Of a DNA stretch of 48,728 bases, positions 1-8,680 are shown piece after piece; positions within the stretch are counted from its first letter, which is position 1; every line of letters starts with the position of its first letter. Origin of the DNA: Nannocystis sp. (GTDB taxonomy: Bacteria > Myxococcota_A > Polyangia > Nannocystales > Nannocystaceae); assembly GCA_016712315.1 (NCBI GenBank), contig JADJRG010000022.1:1122522-1171249 (forward strand), written 5' to 3'. Both the position numbers and the translations under genes were made by a program. The notes below the pieces were generated by a model. It had not been told where the DNA came from and made no database searches. It saw only the letters and a list, made by a program, of their open reading frames with translations.

Positions 1-104
1 GAGCGACGCCACCACCGGCGCCGCCAGCACCTTCGCGAGGACCACGTGCAGCGCCGCCAGCCCGAGCCACAGCCCTGGCGCCCGCAGCACCCGGCCTAGC
101 GCCC

Positions 105-2156
105 TCACAGCGCCACCCCCGCCAGCACCGCCAGCGCGATCGCCTCCGCCGCTTCCCCCAGCGGCTCCGTCAACCCCTTGGGCGCCGGCTGATCTGTCGC
201 ATAGCGCAGGTTATCGAGGCGCCGCGGCTCGAGCACCAGCTTATGGTCTGGATCCAGCTCCGCGCGGCGCAGCCGCCGGCCCGGGAACACGAACACGCGG
301 TAGCGATCCTGACCGTCCCACGTCAGCCGCTGCGCCTCACCGTGCACGTCCTCGACCTCGAGCTCGACCGGCAGCCGCATCGCCCCGCGGCGCTCGACCA
401 CCACCACCCCTTCGATCTCCGCGTCGGCCAGCGCCGTCAGCTTCGGCCACGTCTCCGGCCGAGGCGTCTCTACCAGGTCCCCCTCCTCGTCCACCCGCCA
501 GCCCGCGTCGCCGATCCGCCGCCGGTTCTCCACCCTCGAGATCCCGAAGTCGAGCACATCGACGCTGCGCAGCGCCTGCTCCAAGAACCTCGCCACGTCC
601 ATGTGCACCGGCCCGGCCGCGCTCCCGCTGGGGAACGTGAGCGTCGCCCCCAGCCCCTCGATCAGCGCGTCCTCCAAGTCCTCGCCGCGCGGGTGGCGGA
701 AGCGCCAGCGCAGCGCGTAGGCCCGCAGCGCCTCGTCGAACGCGTCGGCGCCGGCGAGCGCGCGCAGCGTGTGCATGATCGCCGCCGTCTTCCGGTACAC
801 CGTCACCCCGTAGCCGCCGGTCACCTCTAAGAACGCGTCCGCCGGGCTCGCCACCGGGTCGAGATCCGCGCCGCGCAGCAGGCTGAGCCGCACCAGCTCC
901 GGCTCGCTGATCGCCTGCCCGCCCAGCCGCGCCACCCACGCGGAGGGACCATGCCAGTCGGCGAAGACCATCCCGTTCGCGAAGGTGTTCATACCTTCAT
1001 CGAGCCACGGCTCGCGGTGCTCATCGGAGGCGAGCAGCCCTTGAAAGTACTGGTGCCCGAGCTCGTGCACGGTCGTCAGGATCCCCGAGATCCGCTCATC
1101 CAGCCCGAAGATCGCCCACCAGAGGCTCCGCTCCGCGATGTCCGAGGTCGTGAACAGCGTCGGGTACTCCATACCGCCCGCGCCGCCCGCGTCCTCGGGC
1201 ACATGGATGATCGTCAACGTCGACCACGGGTACGCGCCGAAGCGGGCGTCCATCGACTCCAACGTCGCGATCGCCGCGTCGAAGTGCGCCTGCGCGTCGC
1301 CCACCCGTTCGGGGAAGATGAGCTGCCGCAGCAGCACCCCGCGCCACTCCACCAGCCGCTCGACGAAGCGCGGATCGGCCGCCCACACGAAGTCATGGAC
1401 CATCTCCGCGCGATAGCGGAGGCGCCGCCGGCCCTCGCCGAGCGCCTCCTCCGCGACCAGCGCCCCGCTCGCGCCGACGACGAAGCGCTGCGGCACCTCG
1501 ATCGACACGTCGTAGTCGCCGAAGTCGGCGAAGAACTCGCTGTTCAGGGTGAAGACGTGCGCCTGCCAGCCGCGCTCGGGGTCGAGCACGCCGATCTTCG
1601 GGTACCACTGCCCCACCATATGGAAGTCCCCCGCGTGGCCCGTCCGCGCGAACACCCGGGGCAGCTTCGTCAAGAACTCGAGCGCCACCGCCACCTGCTC
1701 GCCCGGCGCGATCGGCCGCGGCAGGAGCACCGTCATCAAGGTCGGGTCATCGCCGAAGGTCCAGCGCAGCGCCTCGCCGCTGTCGGCTAGGCGCGCCGTC
1801 TGCACGTCGATGTAGCCCCACGGGCTCTCCCCGCTCTGGCTCACCCCGCGGTGCGCCCCCCGCGACTCGCGCATCCACGCCGTCTGTTCGCCGCGGAAGG
1901 CGTTCATATAGAGGTGAAAGGGCAGGCTAGAGACCGCCTCGCGGCCGCGGTTGCGCCAGGTCACCGTCACCGCCCCGCGCAGCTCGTGGCGCTCCGCGTC
2001 GAGGCTCACCTCGAGCTGGTAGTCCGCGATCCTCGCCTCCTCTGGGATCTCACCGCGCTCCTCTCGCGGCCGCAGCGGCGCCCGCCCGATCACCCCCGCG
2101 TCGCCGCCAAGGCTGCTTATAGAGGAGAGCAAGCCCGCGAGGAGCAGAGGCGCCAT
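105..2156 (-). CDS. M1-family zinc metallopeptidase (aminopeptidase N-like), probably secreted
   Basis: The long ORF is 105..2477(-). It carries the gluzincin motif VHELGHQYFQG followed by WLDEGMNTF, which is the M1 HExxH...E signature. I trimmed the start to the Met that gives a signal-peptide-like N-terminus (MAPLLLAGLLSS). The ORF upstream of that Met is low-complexity read-through, and the trimmed start leaves a normal divergent gap to tsaE. Confidence 0.8.
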   Translation of the reverse strand: MAPLLLAGLLSSISSLGGDAGVIGRAPLRPREERGEIPEEARIADYQLEVSLDAERHELRGAVTVTWRNRGREAVSSLPFHLYMNAFRGEQTAWMRESRGAHRGVSQSGESPWGYIDVQTARLADSGEALRWTFGDDPTLMTVLLPRPIAPGEQVAVALEFLTKLPRVFARTGHAGDFHMVGQWYPKIGVLDPERGWQAHVFTLNSEFFADFGDYDVSIEVPQRFVVGASGALVAEEALGEGRRRLRYRAEMVHDFVWAADPRFVERLVEWRGVLLRQLIFPERVGDAQAHFDAAIATLESMDARFGAYPWSTLTIIHVPEDAGGAGGMEYPTLFTTSDIAERSLWWAIFGLDERISGILTTVHELGHQYFQGLLASDEHREPWLDEGMNTFANGMVFADWHGPSAWVARLGGQAISEPELVRLSLLRGADLDPVASPADAFLEVTGGYGVTVYRKTAAIMHTLRALAGADAFDEALRAYALRWRFRHPRGEDLEDALIEGLGATLTFPSGSAAGPVHMDVARFLEQALRSVDVLDFGISRVENRRRIGDAGWRVDEEGDLVETPRPETWPKLTALADAEIEGVVVVERRGAMRLPVELEVEDVHGEAQRLTWDGQDRYRVFVFPGRRLRRAELDPDHKLVLEPRRLDNLRYATDQPAPKGLTEPLGEAAEAIALAVLAGVAL

Positions 2157-2241
2157 CAACGACACGGCATCATCCGTACACCGCAGCGCCGGCCGTGGCA
2201 ACCGCAGCGCCCAAGCGCGCGAAGTCGTACAATCCCGCGCC

Positions 2242-2772
2242 ATGGCGCTGCTCGGCCACGATCTCGACGAGACCGCCCTCACCGCAGCAGCGCGCGCGCT
2301 CGGCTCGTTGCTCCGCGGGGGAGAGCTCCTGCTGCTCGACGGTGCGATGGGCGCCGGCAAGACCACCTTCACGCGCGCGCTGGCGGAGGGCCTCGGCGTC
2401 GACCGCCCCGAGCGAGTGACCAGCCCGACCTTCGCGCTCTGCCTGATCCACCCTGGCCCGAGGACCTTGGTGCACATCGATCTCTACCGCCGAGGCGAGG
2501 CCGACGATGTCCAGCAGAGTGGACACACCGGCGGCGCCGGAGCGGCCGCGCTGGGCCTCGACAGCGGCGAATTAGCGGGCCCAGACAAGATCTTGGCGGT
2601 CGAGTGGGCCGAGTATTGGATCTCGCCGCCGGAGGATCACCTACGCATCGTGATCGTCCGACCGCCAGGAGTCGCCGCCTCACGGACCCTCGAGGCGACC
2701 GCCGCGGGCCCCGGCGCGGCCGATCTCCTAGATCGCTGGATCGCCTCAATTCGCCGCGGAACGGCCATTTGA
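2242..2772 (+). CDS. tsaE: tRNA threonylcarbamoyladenosine biosynthesis ATPase TsaE (YjeE family)
   Basis: It has the Walker A motif GAMGAGKTTFTRALA and the SPTF motif typical of TsaE. Its size is about 160-176 aa. Confidence 0.75.
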   Translation: MALLGHDLDETALTAAARALGSLLRGGELLLLDGAMGAGKTTFTRALAEGLGVDRPERVTSPTFALCLIHPGPRTLVHIDLYRRGEADDVQQSGHTGGAGAAALGLDSGELAGPDKILAVEWAEYWISPPEDHLRIVIVRPPGVAASRTLEATAAGPGAADLLDRWIASIRRGTAI

Positions 2773-2908
2773 GGCGATTTCACGGATCGAGGGCGAGGCG
2801 CCGCGGCGGGTGATCGAGGCGGTGTTGACGCCGCGATCAGCCGCTGTGCTTCGGCGACGAGGCGACGGGCGCCGAAAAAAATCGCCGCCTCACGCGTCGA
2901 AAAGGGCT

Positions 2909-2937
2909 TTGCAGGGGCCGGGGAGTGGGTTTATGTT
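2909..2937 (+). promoter_or_regulatory. Candidate sigma70-like promoter (TTGCAG-17 nt-TATGTT) upstream of the small gene at 3027
   Basis: Hexamer spacing was read directly from the sequence. The element sits about 90 nt upstream of the ATG, in an AT-richer intergenic stretch. Confidence 0.3.
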
Positions 2938-3026
2938 CCGACCGAGCCGCGGGCCGGATGAGCCGGACACCGCGAGAGCCCTACTTCACCGTCATTTGAA
3001 CGCGTAGAGCGAAAGCAAGAATCACC

Positions 3027-3218
3027 ATGGCAAAGTCCAAGCCCCGGGAAATCGTCGTCGTCGGCAGCAAGCTCAAGGATGTCATCAAGGAGGCCGGCCT
3101 CCGTAGCGATGGCCAGCTCATTGAGGCGGTCTCCAACAAGGTCCACGACCTCCTCGCCGCCGCCGTCGAGCGCTGCAAGTCCAACGGCCGCTCCACGGTC
3201 CGCCCCTACGACCTGTAG
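3027..3218 (+). CDS. Small (63 aa) histone-fold-like (DUF1931-like) protein
   Basis: This is a compact ORF with local AT-rich flanks, its own candidate promoter and a downstream hairpin. The C-terminal ...SNGRSTVRPYDL resembles the C-terminus of bacterial histone-fold proteins. Coding periodicity is good. Confidence 0.5.
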   Translation: MAKSKPREIVVVGSKLKDVIKEAGLRSDGQLIEAVSNKVHDLLAAAVERCKSNGRSTVRPYDL

Positions 3219-3247
3219 TCGCTGGGTCTGGCGCGAAGGCGCCGCAG

Positions 3248-3290
3248 AAGGCCGTCCAGGACCCCTGGGCGGCCTTTCGTCGTTTGTCTC
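3248..3290. terminator. Imperfect 13-bp hairpin (aaggccgtccagg / cctgggcggcctt) followed by a T-rich tract, between convergent genes
   Basis: The inverted repeat was read from the sequence. It lies between the stop of the small gene and the stop of the convergent hydrolase gene. Confidence 0.4.
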
Positions 3291-3397
3291 GGACACCTCA
3301 CCTCGCGCGCGTGACCAGCCGCCACATGTCCCAAGCGCCAGCCGACCGCGCCCGCGCTCGCGACATGTCCTGAGCGCCAGGTCGACACCGCCGCCGA

Positions 3398-5185
3398 TCA
3401 GCGCGCCCGAGCCGGCCGCTTCGGCTGCTTCGGCGGATCCAGCGTCGCCGCCAGCCAGCGCGTCAGGTCGGCCAAGAACCCCGGGTCCACCGCCCGCGGC
3501 CCCTCCGGGTCCAGGTAGCGGGCCGGCGTCGAGATCCCCGCCTCCGGCTTAAACAAGTGATCCAGCCCCGGGTAGCGCTGGATCTGCGGGCGCAGCCGCT
3601 GGCCGCGCGCCATCTCCACCAGCGCCGCCGCGTCGCGGCGCGGGTCGACCTCAAAGTCCTTCTCCCCCTGCGCCAGCCACAGCGGGCAGCGCAGGCCCGC
3701 GATCAACCGCGCTGGCTCGACCAGCAGCAGCTCCCGCAGCCACTGCGCCTGCTCCGCCAGCTCCGCGGGCAGCGCCTGGCTGCCGCGCAGCGCCGTCATC
3801 AGCCGCTGGTGCTGCGCCCGCGCCGCCTCTCGCACCGCCGGCGGCATCGCCGCGATGTCGAGCTCTGCTTGCGCGTCCAGCAGCGCCCCGTAGGGCCGCC
3901 CCGGCGTCGCCAGCAGCGCCACGGCCGCCACGCCGCGATCCTCCCCGGCGAGCTGCATCGCCCGCCAGCCGCTCTCACCGTGCCCGACCAAGGCGATCCG
4001 CGCCGGATCGACCTCTGCCTGGACCATCAGCGTCCGCAGCGCCCGGCGCGCGTCCTCGAGCTGCCCTTCGTACGAGAGGGGCCCGTCGTCGCTCTCGCCC
4101 TGGCCGCGCTCATCGAAGCGCAGCACCACGAAGCCAGCCTCGGCGATCGCGTCCGTGATCGCGTGGCTCCCCAGATCCACCGGCGGCGGCCCCGCGAAGC
4201 CGTACCGATCCTGGCGGCCGTTGCCCGCCAGCAAGATCACCCCTGGTCGCGGCCCCGCCGCCGCCGCCCTCGGGATCAGCAGCTCACCGACGAGGCGCGG
4301 CTCACCTGGCCTTCCGGGCAGCTCCACCGGACGCGCCGAGAAGCTCGCGTCCGCCGCGGGCGAGTAGCGCAGCGCCCGCGGGCCCGCGATCTCCCAGGCC
4401 GGCCACGCCGCCTCGCTCGGCCGCACCCGCAGCCCGTCGTCCTCCACGTCGATCGACAAGATCCGCCCCCCCGCGAACAAGATCGACTCACCGAGGCTCG
4501 TGCTCAGGCGCGCCGCGCCGCCGCCCGGGCCGTCCTCTCGGGAGATCTGCGCCGACCACTCCGTCGGCAGCGCCCCTGACAAGCTCACCAAGCGCCAGCT
4601 CGCCTCTCCCACCCGCAGCGAGCGCAGCCCCAACATCAGCTCCTCATGCAGCAGCGCGCCGAAGGCCATGTACGCGGTCCCCCGCGTGAACTTCAGCTCC
4701 TCGCGCTGACGCCCGGCGCTCAAGATCAGCAGATCCCCCTGCCGCTCAAAGTCGAGCCGCGCCGCGTCGCTGCGTTCGAAGCCGCGGATCAGCTCGCCCG
4801 CAGCGTCGACGATGATCTCGCCGTCGCTGCGCAGCGGCGCTCGGCCTGGCAGCAGCAGCTCGACCCGGGTCGTGAAGCGGTGGTGCTGCGGCTGCTCCGC
4901 CAGCGGCCCCTCGTAGCGCCCCCAGCTCACCCCGCGCAGCCCTTCTCCTTGGTTCAGCTCGAACGCGCGGATCTCCCCCACCTGATACAGCGCCGCCGGC
5001 CCCTTACCTGGCCAGAGCTCCACCGCCGGCAGGGGCCCCGGCTCGGGCGCCTCGGTCGCCGGCCCCGCAGCGGGCACCTGCAAGCAGCCAGGCGCGACGC
5101 ACCCGAGCAACGCGAGCCCGACGAGCCCGACGAGCCCGCCGCGCCGTGAACTTCGCCCACGCCCTGGCACCGGCGGACTATACAC
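3398..5185 (-). CDS. Secreted lipoprotein with a C-terminal alpha/beta-hydrolase-fold domain
   Basis: The 595-aa ORF has a signal/lipobox-like N-terminus (LVGLVGLALLGCVAPGC). Its C-terminal half has alpha/beta-hydrolase character (LLAGNGRQDRYGF, VVLRFDERGQGESD, LVGHGESG). The annotated ATG is only 10 nt from the divergent start at 5196, so the true start may be an internal GTG or TTG. Confidence 0.55.
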   Translation of the reverse strand: MYSPPVPGRGRSSRRGGLVGLVGLALLGCVAPGCLQVPAAGPATEAPEPGPLPAVELWPGKGPAALYQVGEIRAFELNQGEGLRGVSWGRYEGPLAEQPQHHRFTTRVELLLPGRAPLRSDGEIIVDAAGELIRGFERSDAARLDFERQGDLLILSAGRQREELKFTRGTAYMAFGALLHEELMLGLRSLRVGEASWRLVSLSGALPTEWSAQISREDGPGGGAARLSTSLGESILFAGGRILSIDVEDDGLRVRPSEAAWPAWEIAGPRALRYSPAADASFSARPVELPGRPGEPRLVGELLIPRAAAAGPRPGVILLAGNGRQDRYGFAGPPPVDLGSHAITDAIAEAGFVVLRFDERGQGESDDGPLSYEGQLEDARRALRTLMVQAEVDPARIALVGHGESGWRAMQLAGEDRGVAAVALLATPGRPYGALLDAQAELDIAAMPPAVREAARAQHQRLMTALRGSQALPAELAEQAQWLRELLLVEPARLIAGLRCPLWLAQGEKDFEVDPRRDAAALVEMARGQRLRPQIQRYPGLDHLFKPEAGISTPARYLDPEGPRAVDPGFLADLTRWLAATLDPPKQPKRPARAR

Positions 5186-5195
5186 TCAGCCCGCC

Positions 5196-5843
5196 ATGCC
5201 TTGGACCCGCGAAGAGATCGCCGCACGCGCCGCGAGGGAGCTCCCTCGCGGCGGAGTCGTCAACCTCGGGATCGGCATCCCGACCCTGATCAGCAGCTAC
5301 CTCGACCCTGCCGCGGGCATCGTCCTCCACTCGGAGAACGGCCTGCTCGGCATGGGCCCCTTCCCCACCGAGGCTGAGGTCGACGCGCGGGTGATCAACG
5401 CGGGCAAGCAGACCGTGACGATCGTGCCGGGCGGCGCCACCTTCGACTCTGCCCTCTCCTTCGCGATGATCCGCGGCGGCCACGTCGACGTCGCCGTGCT
5501 CGGCGCCATGGAGGTCTCGGCCCGCGGCGACCTCGCCAACTGGATGGTCCCCGGGCGCAAGGTCGCCGGCATCGGCGGCGCGATGGACCTCGCCGTCGGC
5601 GCCCGCAAGGTCATCGCCGTCTTGAACCAGCGCGGCCCGGACGGCGCCAGCAAGCTCGTGGAGCGCTGCTCTCTCCCCCTCACCGCGCCTGCCTGCGTCG
5701 ATCTCGTGATCACTGACATGGCCGTGATCGCGATCGACCCTGGCGGCGGCTTCCGCCTCGTCGAGCTCGCCCCAGGGGTCAGCGTCGCCGACGTCCAGGC
5801 CGCCACAGCGGCCCCTCTGGCCCTCGGCGAGCGCCAGCGCTGA
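5196..5843 (+). CDS. 3-oxoacid CoA-transferase, subunit B (AtoA/ScoB family)
   Basis: It is collinear with E. coli AtoA along its full length, with motifs such as NLGIGIPT, SENGLLGMGP, FDSALSFAMIRGGHVD and GGAMDLAVGA. Confidence 0.85.
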   Translation: MPWTREEIAARAARELPRGGVVNLGIGIPTLISSYLDPAAGIVLHSENGLLGMGPFPTEAEVDARVINAGKQTVTIVPGGATFDSALSFAMIRGGHVDVAVLGAMEVSARGDLANWMVPGRKVAGIGGAMDLAVGARKVIAVLNQRGPDGASKLVERCSLPLTAPACVDLVITDMAVIAIDPGGGFRLVELAPGVSVADVQAATAAPLALGERQR

Positions 5844-5864
5844 GGGGCCCGCGGCCGCGCCAGC

Positions 5865-6335
5865 TCAGCCTTGGCGGCCGCGCTTATAAAAAACGTCGGT
5901 GACCTTATCGAGCACCATAAACGCGCTCGGCAGGCCCAGCACGCGGATCTGCTTGAAGCCCTTCTCCTCGCTGGTGAAATTCCCGGTCAGCACGTGGCCG
6001 GTCTTCACCACGATCTGGTCGAGCGCGTCGATCCCCGACGGCTGGCTGCCGTTCTGCCACTTCACCGACTTCACCTGGCTCTTCGGGATAGTTCGGATCT
6101 CGCCGAAGAGCGAGAGCGTATAGAAGTCGCTGTTGATCGCGATCACCTTCGCGTGCAGCGACGAGCCGTCGCTCAGCGTCAGCTCATCTGACGGCGGCGG
6201 CTTGCAGGTCGGGCACACCGTCGACTCGGTGAACGGCTTAAACGAGAAGTCAGCCGCCTGCGCGCTCTGGGCGGCGCCGAAGGCGGAGGCGAGGATGAAG
6301 GCGGCGGTGAGGTGGGAGAGGCGGGGCATCGGCAT
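5865..6335 (-). CDS. Hypothetical secreted protein (156 aa) of atypical, lower-GC composition
   Basis: It has a clear signal peptide with an AxA site (AFILASAFGAAQSAQAADF). Its GC content and codon usage are distinctly lower than the surrounding genes. It lies next to tRNA-Lys. Confidence 0.5.
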   Translation of the reverse strand: MPMPRLSHLTAAFILASAFGAAQSAQAADFSFKPFTESTVCPTCKPPPSDELTLSDGSSLHAKVIAINSDFYTLSLFGEIRTIPKSQVKSVKWQNGSQPSGIDALDQIVVKTGHVLTGNFTSEEKGFKQIRVLGLPSAFMVLDKVTDVFYKRGRQG

Positions 6336-6574
6336 CTTCTTCTTCGTCCTTCGTGGGCGCGGGCGAACAATCTTCGAATTAGTCGCAGCTCAAACATCCC
6401 CAGGCGTCCGGGGGAGCGGCCACCACGGCCGGCGCCGCTCTAGGGTAGAGCCGAAAGGCCGTCGAGGGCCAGCCGCCGCCGCCGCAAAATCGCGGCCGAT
6501 GCGCATGTGAGAAAATGCGCATCAAAAGGGGCTTCCCACCGCGCGGGGATGATGTATACCTCGTCCCCCGCGAC

Positions 6575-6647
6575 GGGCTCGTAGCTCAATTGGTAGAGCA
6601 AGGGACTCTTAATCCCTGGGTTGTAGGTTCAATTCCTACCGGGCTCA
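6575..6647 (+). tRNA. tRNA-Lys (anticodon CTT)
   Basis: I folded it by hand. The acceptor stem is GGGCTCG/CGGGCTC with G-U pairs. The D-stem is GCTC/GAGC, the anticodon stem is AGGGA/TCCCT around loop CTCTTAA, and the T-arm is GTAGG-TTCAATT-CCTAC. The discriminator is A and no CCA is encoded. Confidence 0.85.
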
Positions 6648-6656
6648 CAAAACGAG

Positions 6657-6699
6657 GACAGAGGCCTCAGCCGACCCCCGGCTGGGGCCTCTGTTTTTT
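6657..6699. terminator. Rho-independent terminator (stem acagaggcc / ggcctctgt, with nested cagccg/cggctg, then a T6 tract)
   Basis: A perfect long hairpin followed by TTTTTT sits right after the tRNA. It could also terminate the convergent minus-strand gene. Confidence 0.55.
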
Positions 6700-6705
6700 C
6701 GCGCC

Positions 6706-7473
6706 TCACTCCCCCCAGCCCCAGATCGCCCCGATCTTCGGGCAAGACCGACGCAGCGCCGCGATCGTCGGCCCCGCCTCGCCGAAGCTCGGGAAGATAT
6801 CGACGAGCGCCACGTCCGCGCGCAGCCGCGGCAGCACCTCCAGCGCGTCGCCCACGATCACCTCCACGGGTCGGCGCAGCCGCGGCCGCAGCGCCGGCAG
6901 CAGCCACTCCACCAGCTCTTGGCTGCGCTCGATCAGCGTCACGTGCTTCACCTGCAAGCGCCGACTCACCTCGACGAGCTGGTGCCCCAGCCCCAGCCCG
7001 GCCACCACCACCCGCCCGCGCGCCAGCCGCGTACCTGGCCGAAGGGTCAGCAGCTCCGCCGGCGTCAACGACATCCACGGCGACGCCGACCAGCGCCCGG
7101 AGCCCGGCTCGTCCGCCGCGCGCGCCTGGAACAGCGCCGGCACGCCGATATCCGCGTCGAAGATCACCGTCCCCGTCTCACGGCCCCACCACGTCAGCAG
7201 CGGCCGCCCGCGCGGGTGCAGGCGCACGCAGTAGCGGAACGATCCCTGCGGCGAGTCGACCAGCTCGCTCGCCCGCAGCGCCTCGACCGGCGCGTCGGAC
7301 GGCAAGATCCCCGCGAAGGGCGGCGTCACCTCGTAGGTCGCCGCCTGAAATTCGAGCTGCGGCCGCCACCCGATCGCCTCCGACCACGGCACGCAGCGGC
7401 CCAGACGAGCGCGGTACTCGGCGATCAGCGCCTCTTCTTGCGCGCGGCTCAGCCGTGGCCTCGGCGTCGACAT
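6706..7473 (-). CDS. Class I SAM-dependent methyltransferase-like protein (spermidine-synthase-like fold)
   Basis: It has Rossmann motif I (VVVAGLGLGHQLVEV), then VIVGDALEVL and ADVALVDIF. I trimmed the start to Met (MSTPRPRLS); the upstream part of the 423-aa ORF is low-complexity read-through. Confidence 0.5.
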   Translation of the reverse strand: MSTPRPRLSRAQEEALIAEYRARLGRCVPWSEAIGWRPQLEFQAATYEVTPPFAGILPSDAPVEALRASELVDSPQGSFRYCVRLHPRGRPLLTWWGRETGTVIFDADIGVPALFQARAADEPGSGRWSASPWMSLTPAELLTLRPGTRLARGRVVVAGLGLGHQLVEVSRRLQVKHVTLIERSQELVEWLLPALRPRLRRPVEVIVGDALEVLPRLRADVALVDIFPSFGEAGPTIAALRRSCPKIGAIWGWGE

Positions 7474-7569
7474 CTCCAGCGCCGAACATACCCGCACTGC
7501 GCCGCGATCGTCACGCCGCGCCGCACCCGCGGGTAGCGCGCTACAGCCCCCTCGTGTAGCGTCACCGCG

Positions 7570-8670
7570 ATGTCTGCACCTCGCCTCGCCCTCCTCGCCC
7601 CCGCGCTCGCGCTCCTCGTCGGCGCCTGCCCGCAACCCACAAAGCCCCGCGGCGAGGGCCCAGCAGGGGCCGCGGCGGCCGGCGAGCCCGCGCCCGCGCC
7701 GCCCGCCGCGGCGATCCCCCCCGAGCAGTGGACCTGGACGATCCCTCGCGGCCTCAGCGAACCACCTGTCCCCGAGGACAACCCGATGAGCGCCGCCAAG
7801 GTCGAGCTCGGCCACCAGCTCTTCTTCGACAAGCGCCTCAGCGTCGACGGCTCGCGCAGCTGTTATAGCTGCCACCAGAACCACCTCGGCAACGCCGACG
7901 GCCGCGTCAAGGCGCTCGGCCCGGGCGACAAAGATCTCCCCCGCAACACCCCCACGATCTGGAACATCGCCTATCACACCGCCTACTACTGGGACGGCCG
8001 CGCCCCCACCCTCGAGAAGCAGATGATCGGCGCCTGGAAGGGCGGCAACATGGCCGTCGGCGACGGCGTCGACGCCAAGGCCGCCGAGATCGGCGCCTTA
8101 CCCGAGTACAAGGAGCGCTTCCGCGCGATCTTCCAGCTCAGCGAAGGTGAGGCCGTCACCCCCGATCACGTCGCCAAGGCGATCTCCGCCTACGAGCGCA
8201 CCCTGCTGTGCGGCGACACCCCCTGGGACACCAACACCCTCGAGGCTGCCCCATTGCGCGGCTGGGAGCTCTTCCGCGGCAAGGGCGCCTGCGTCACCTG
8301 TCACACCGGCCCCAACTTCACCGACGGCCTCTACCACAACGTCGGCGTCGGCGCCCAGCAGGGCGAGCGCGACCTCGGCCGCGGCGCCATCACCAAGGAC
8401 GAGGCCGACAACGACCGCTTCCGCACCCCCACCCTGCGCGGCGTCGCCGACACCGCCCCCTACTTCCACGACGGCAGCGTCGCCGAGCTCCGCGCCGCCG
8501 TCGTCGCCATGGCCAAGGGCGGCGACCGCAGCCTCACCGGCCTCGATCCCAACTTCGCCGACCGCGGCCTGAGCGACCCTGAGATCGACGACATCGTCGC
8601 CTTCCTCCGCACCTTGACCTGCCCGAACAACCTCGTCGTCATCGGCGATCAGGCCGTCGTCGGCATCTGA
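7570..8670 (+). CDS. Di-haem cytochrome c peroxidase (CCP/MauG family) lipoprotein
   Basis: It has two CxxCH haem motifs (CYSCH and CVTCH), the conserved FRTPTLRG and PYFHDGS motifs, and a lipobox (LLVGAC). Confidence 0.85.
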   Translation: MSAPRLALLAPALALLVGACPQPTKPRGEGPAGAAAAGEPAPAPPAAAIPPEQWTWTIPRGLSEPPVPEDNPMSAAKVELGHQLFFDKRLSVDGSRSCYSCHQNHLGNADGRVKALGPGDKDLPRNTPTIWNIAYHTAYYWDGRAPTLEKQMIGAWKGGNMAVGDGVDAKAAEIGALPEYKERFRAIFQLSEGEAVTPDHVAKAISAYERTLLCGDTPWDTNTLEAAPLRGWELFRGKGACVTCHTGPNFTDGLYHNVGVGAQQGERDLGRGAITKDEADNDRFRTPTLRGVADTAPYFHDGSVAELRAAVVAMAKGGDRSLTGLDPNFADRGLSDPEIDDIVAFLRTLTCPNNLVVIGDQAVVGI

Positions 8671-8680
8671 CCCAAGAGCC

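Noticed and set aside
1-104. Possible 5' end of another minus-strand gene running off the window edge
   Set aside because: It is too short to assess. No start or family signature is visible.
243-1790. Multiple long ORFs on the opposite strand or in alternate frames of the M1 peptidase gene (243..830, 337..939, 951..1790 and others). The same pattern occurs across all GC-rich genes, for example 8098..8682, 9122..9778, 15272..16453, 17862..19184, 22323..23111 and 23406..24308.
   Set aside because: Their translations are low-complexity Arg/Ala/Pro/Gly-rich and are typical of non-coding frames in a high-GC genome. They overlap genes with strong family signatures.
2157-2477. N-terminal 107-aa extension of the 105..2477 ORF
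   Set aside because: It is Ser/Pro/Arg-rich with no signal peptide and would overlap tsaE. The internal Met gives a proper signal peptide.
6515-7234. 239-aa plus-strand ORF
   Set aside because: It runs through the tRNA-Lys gene and its terminator, and is antisense to the methyltransferase-like gene. The translation is low-complexity.
7474-7977. Upstream extension of the 6706..7977 ORF
   Set aside because: It is a Gly/Arg/Ala-rich low-complexity translation. The functional protein starts at the internal Met (MSTPRP...).
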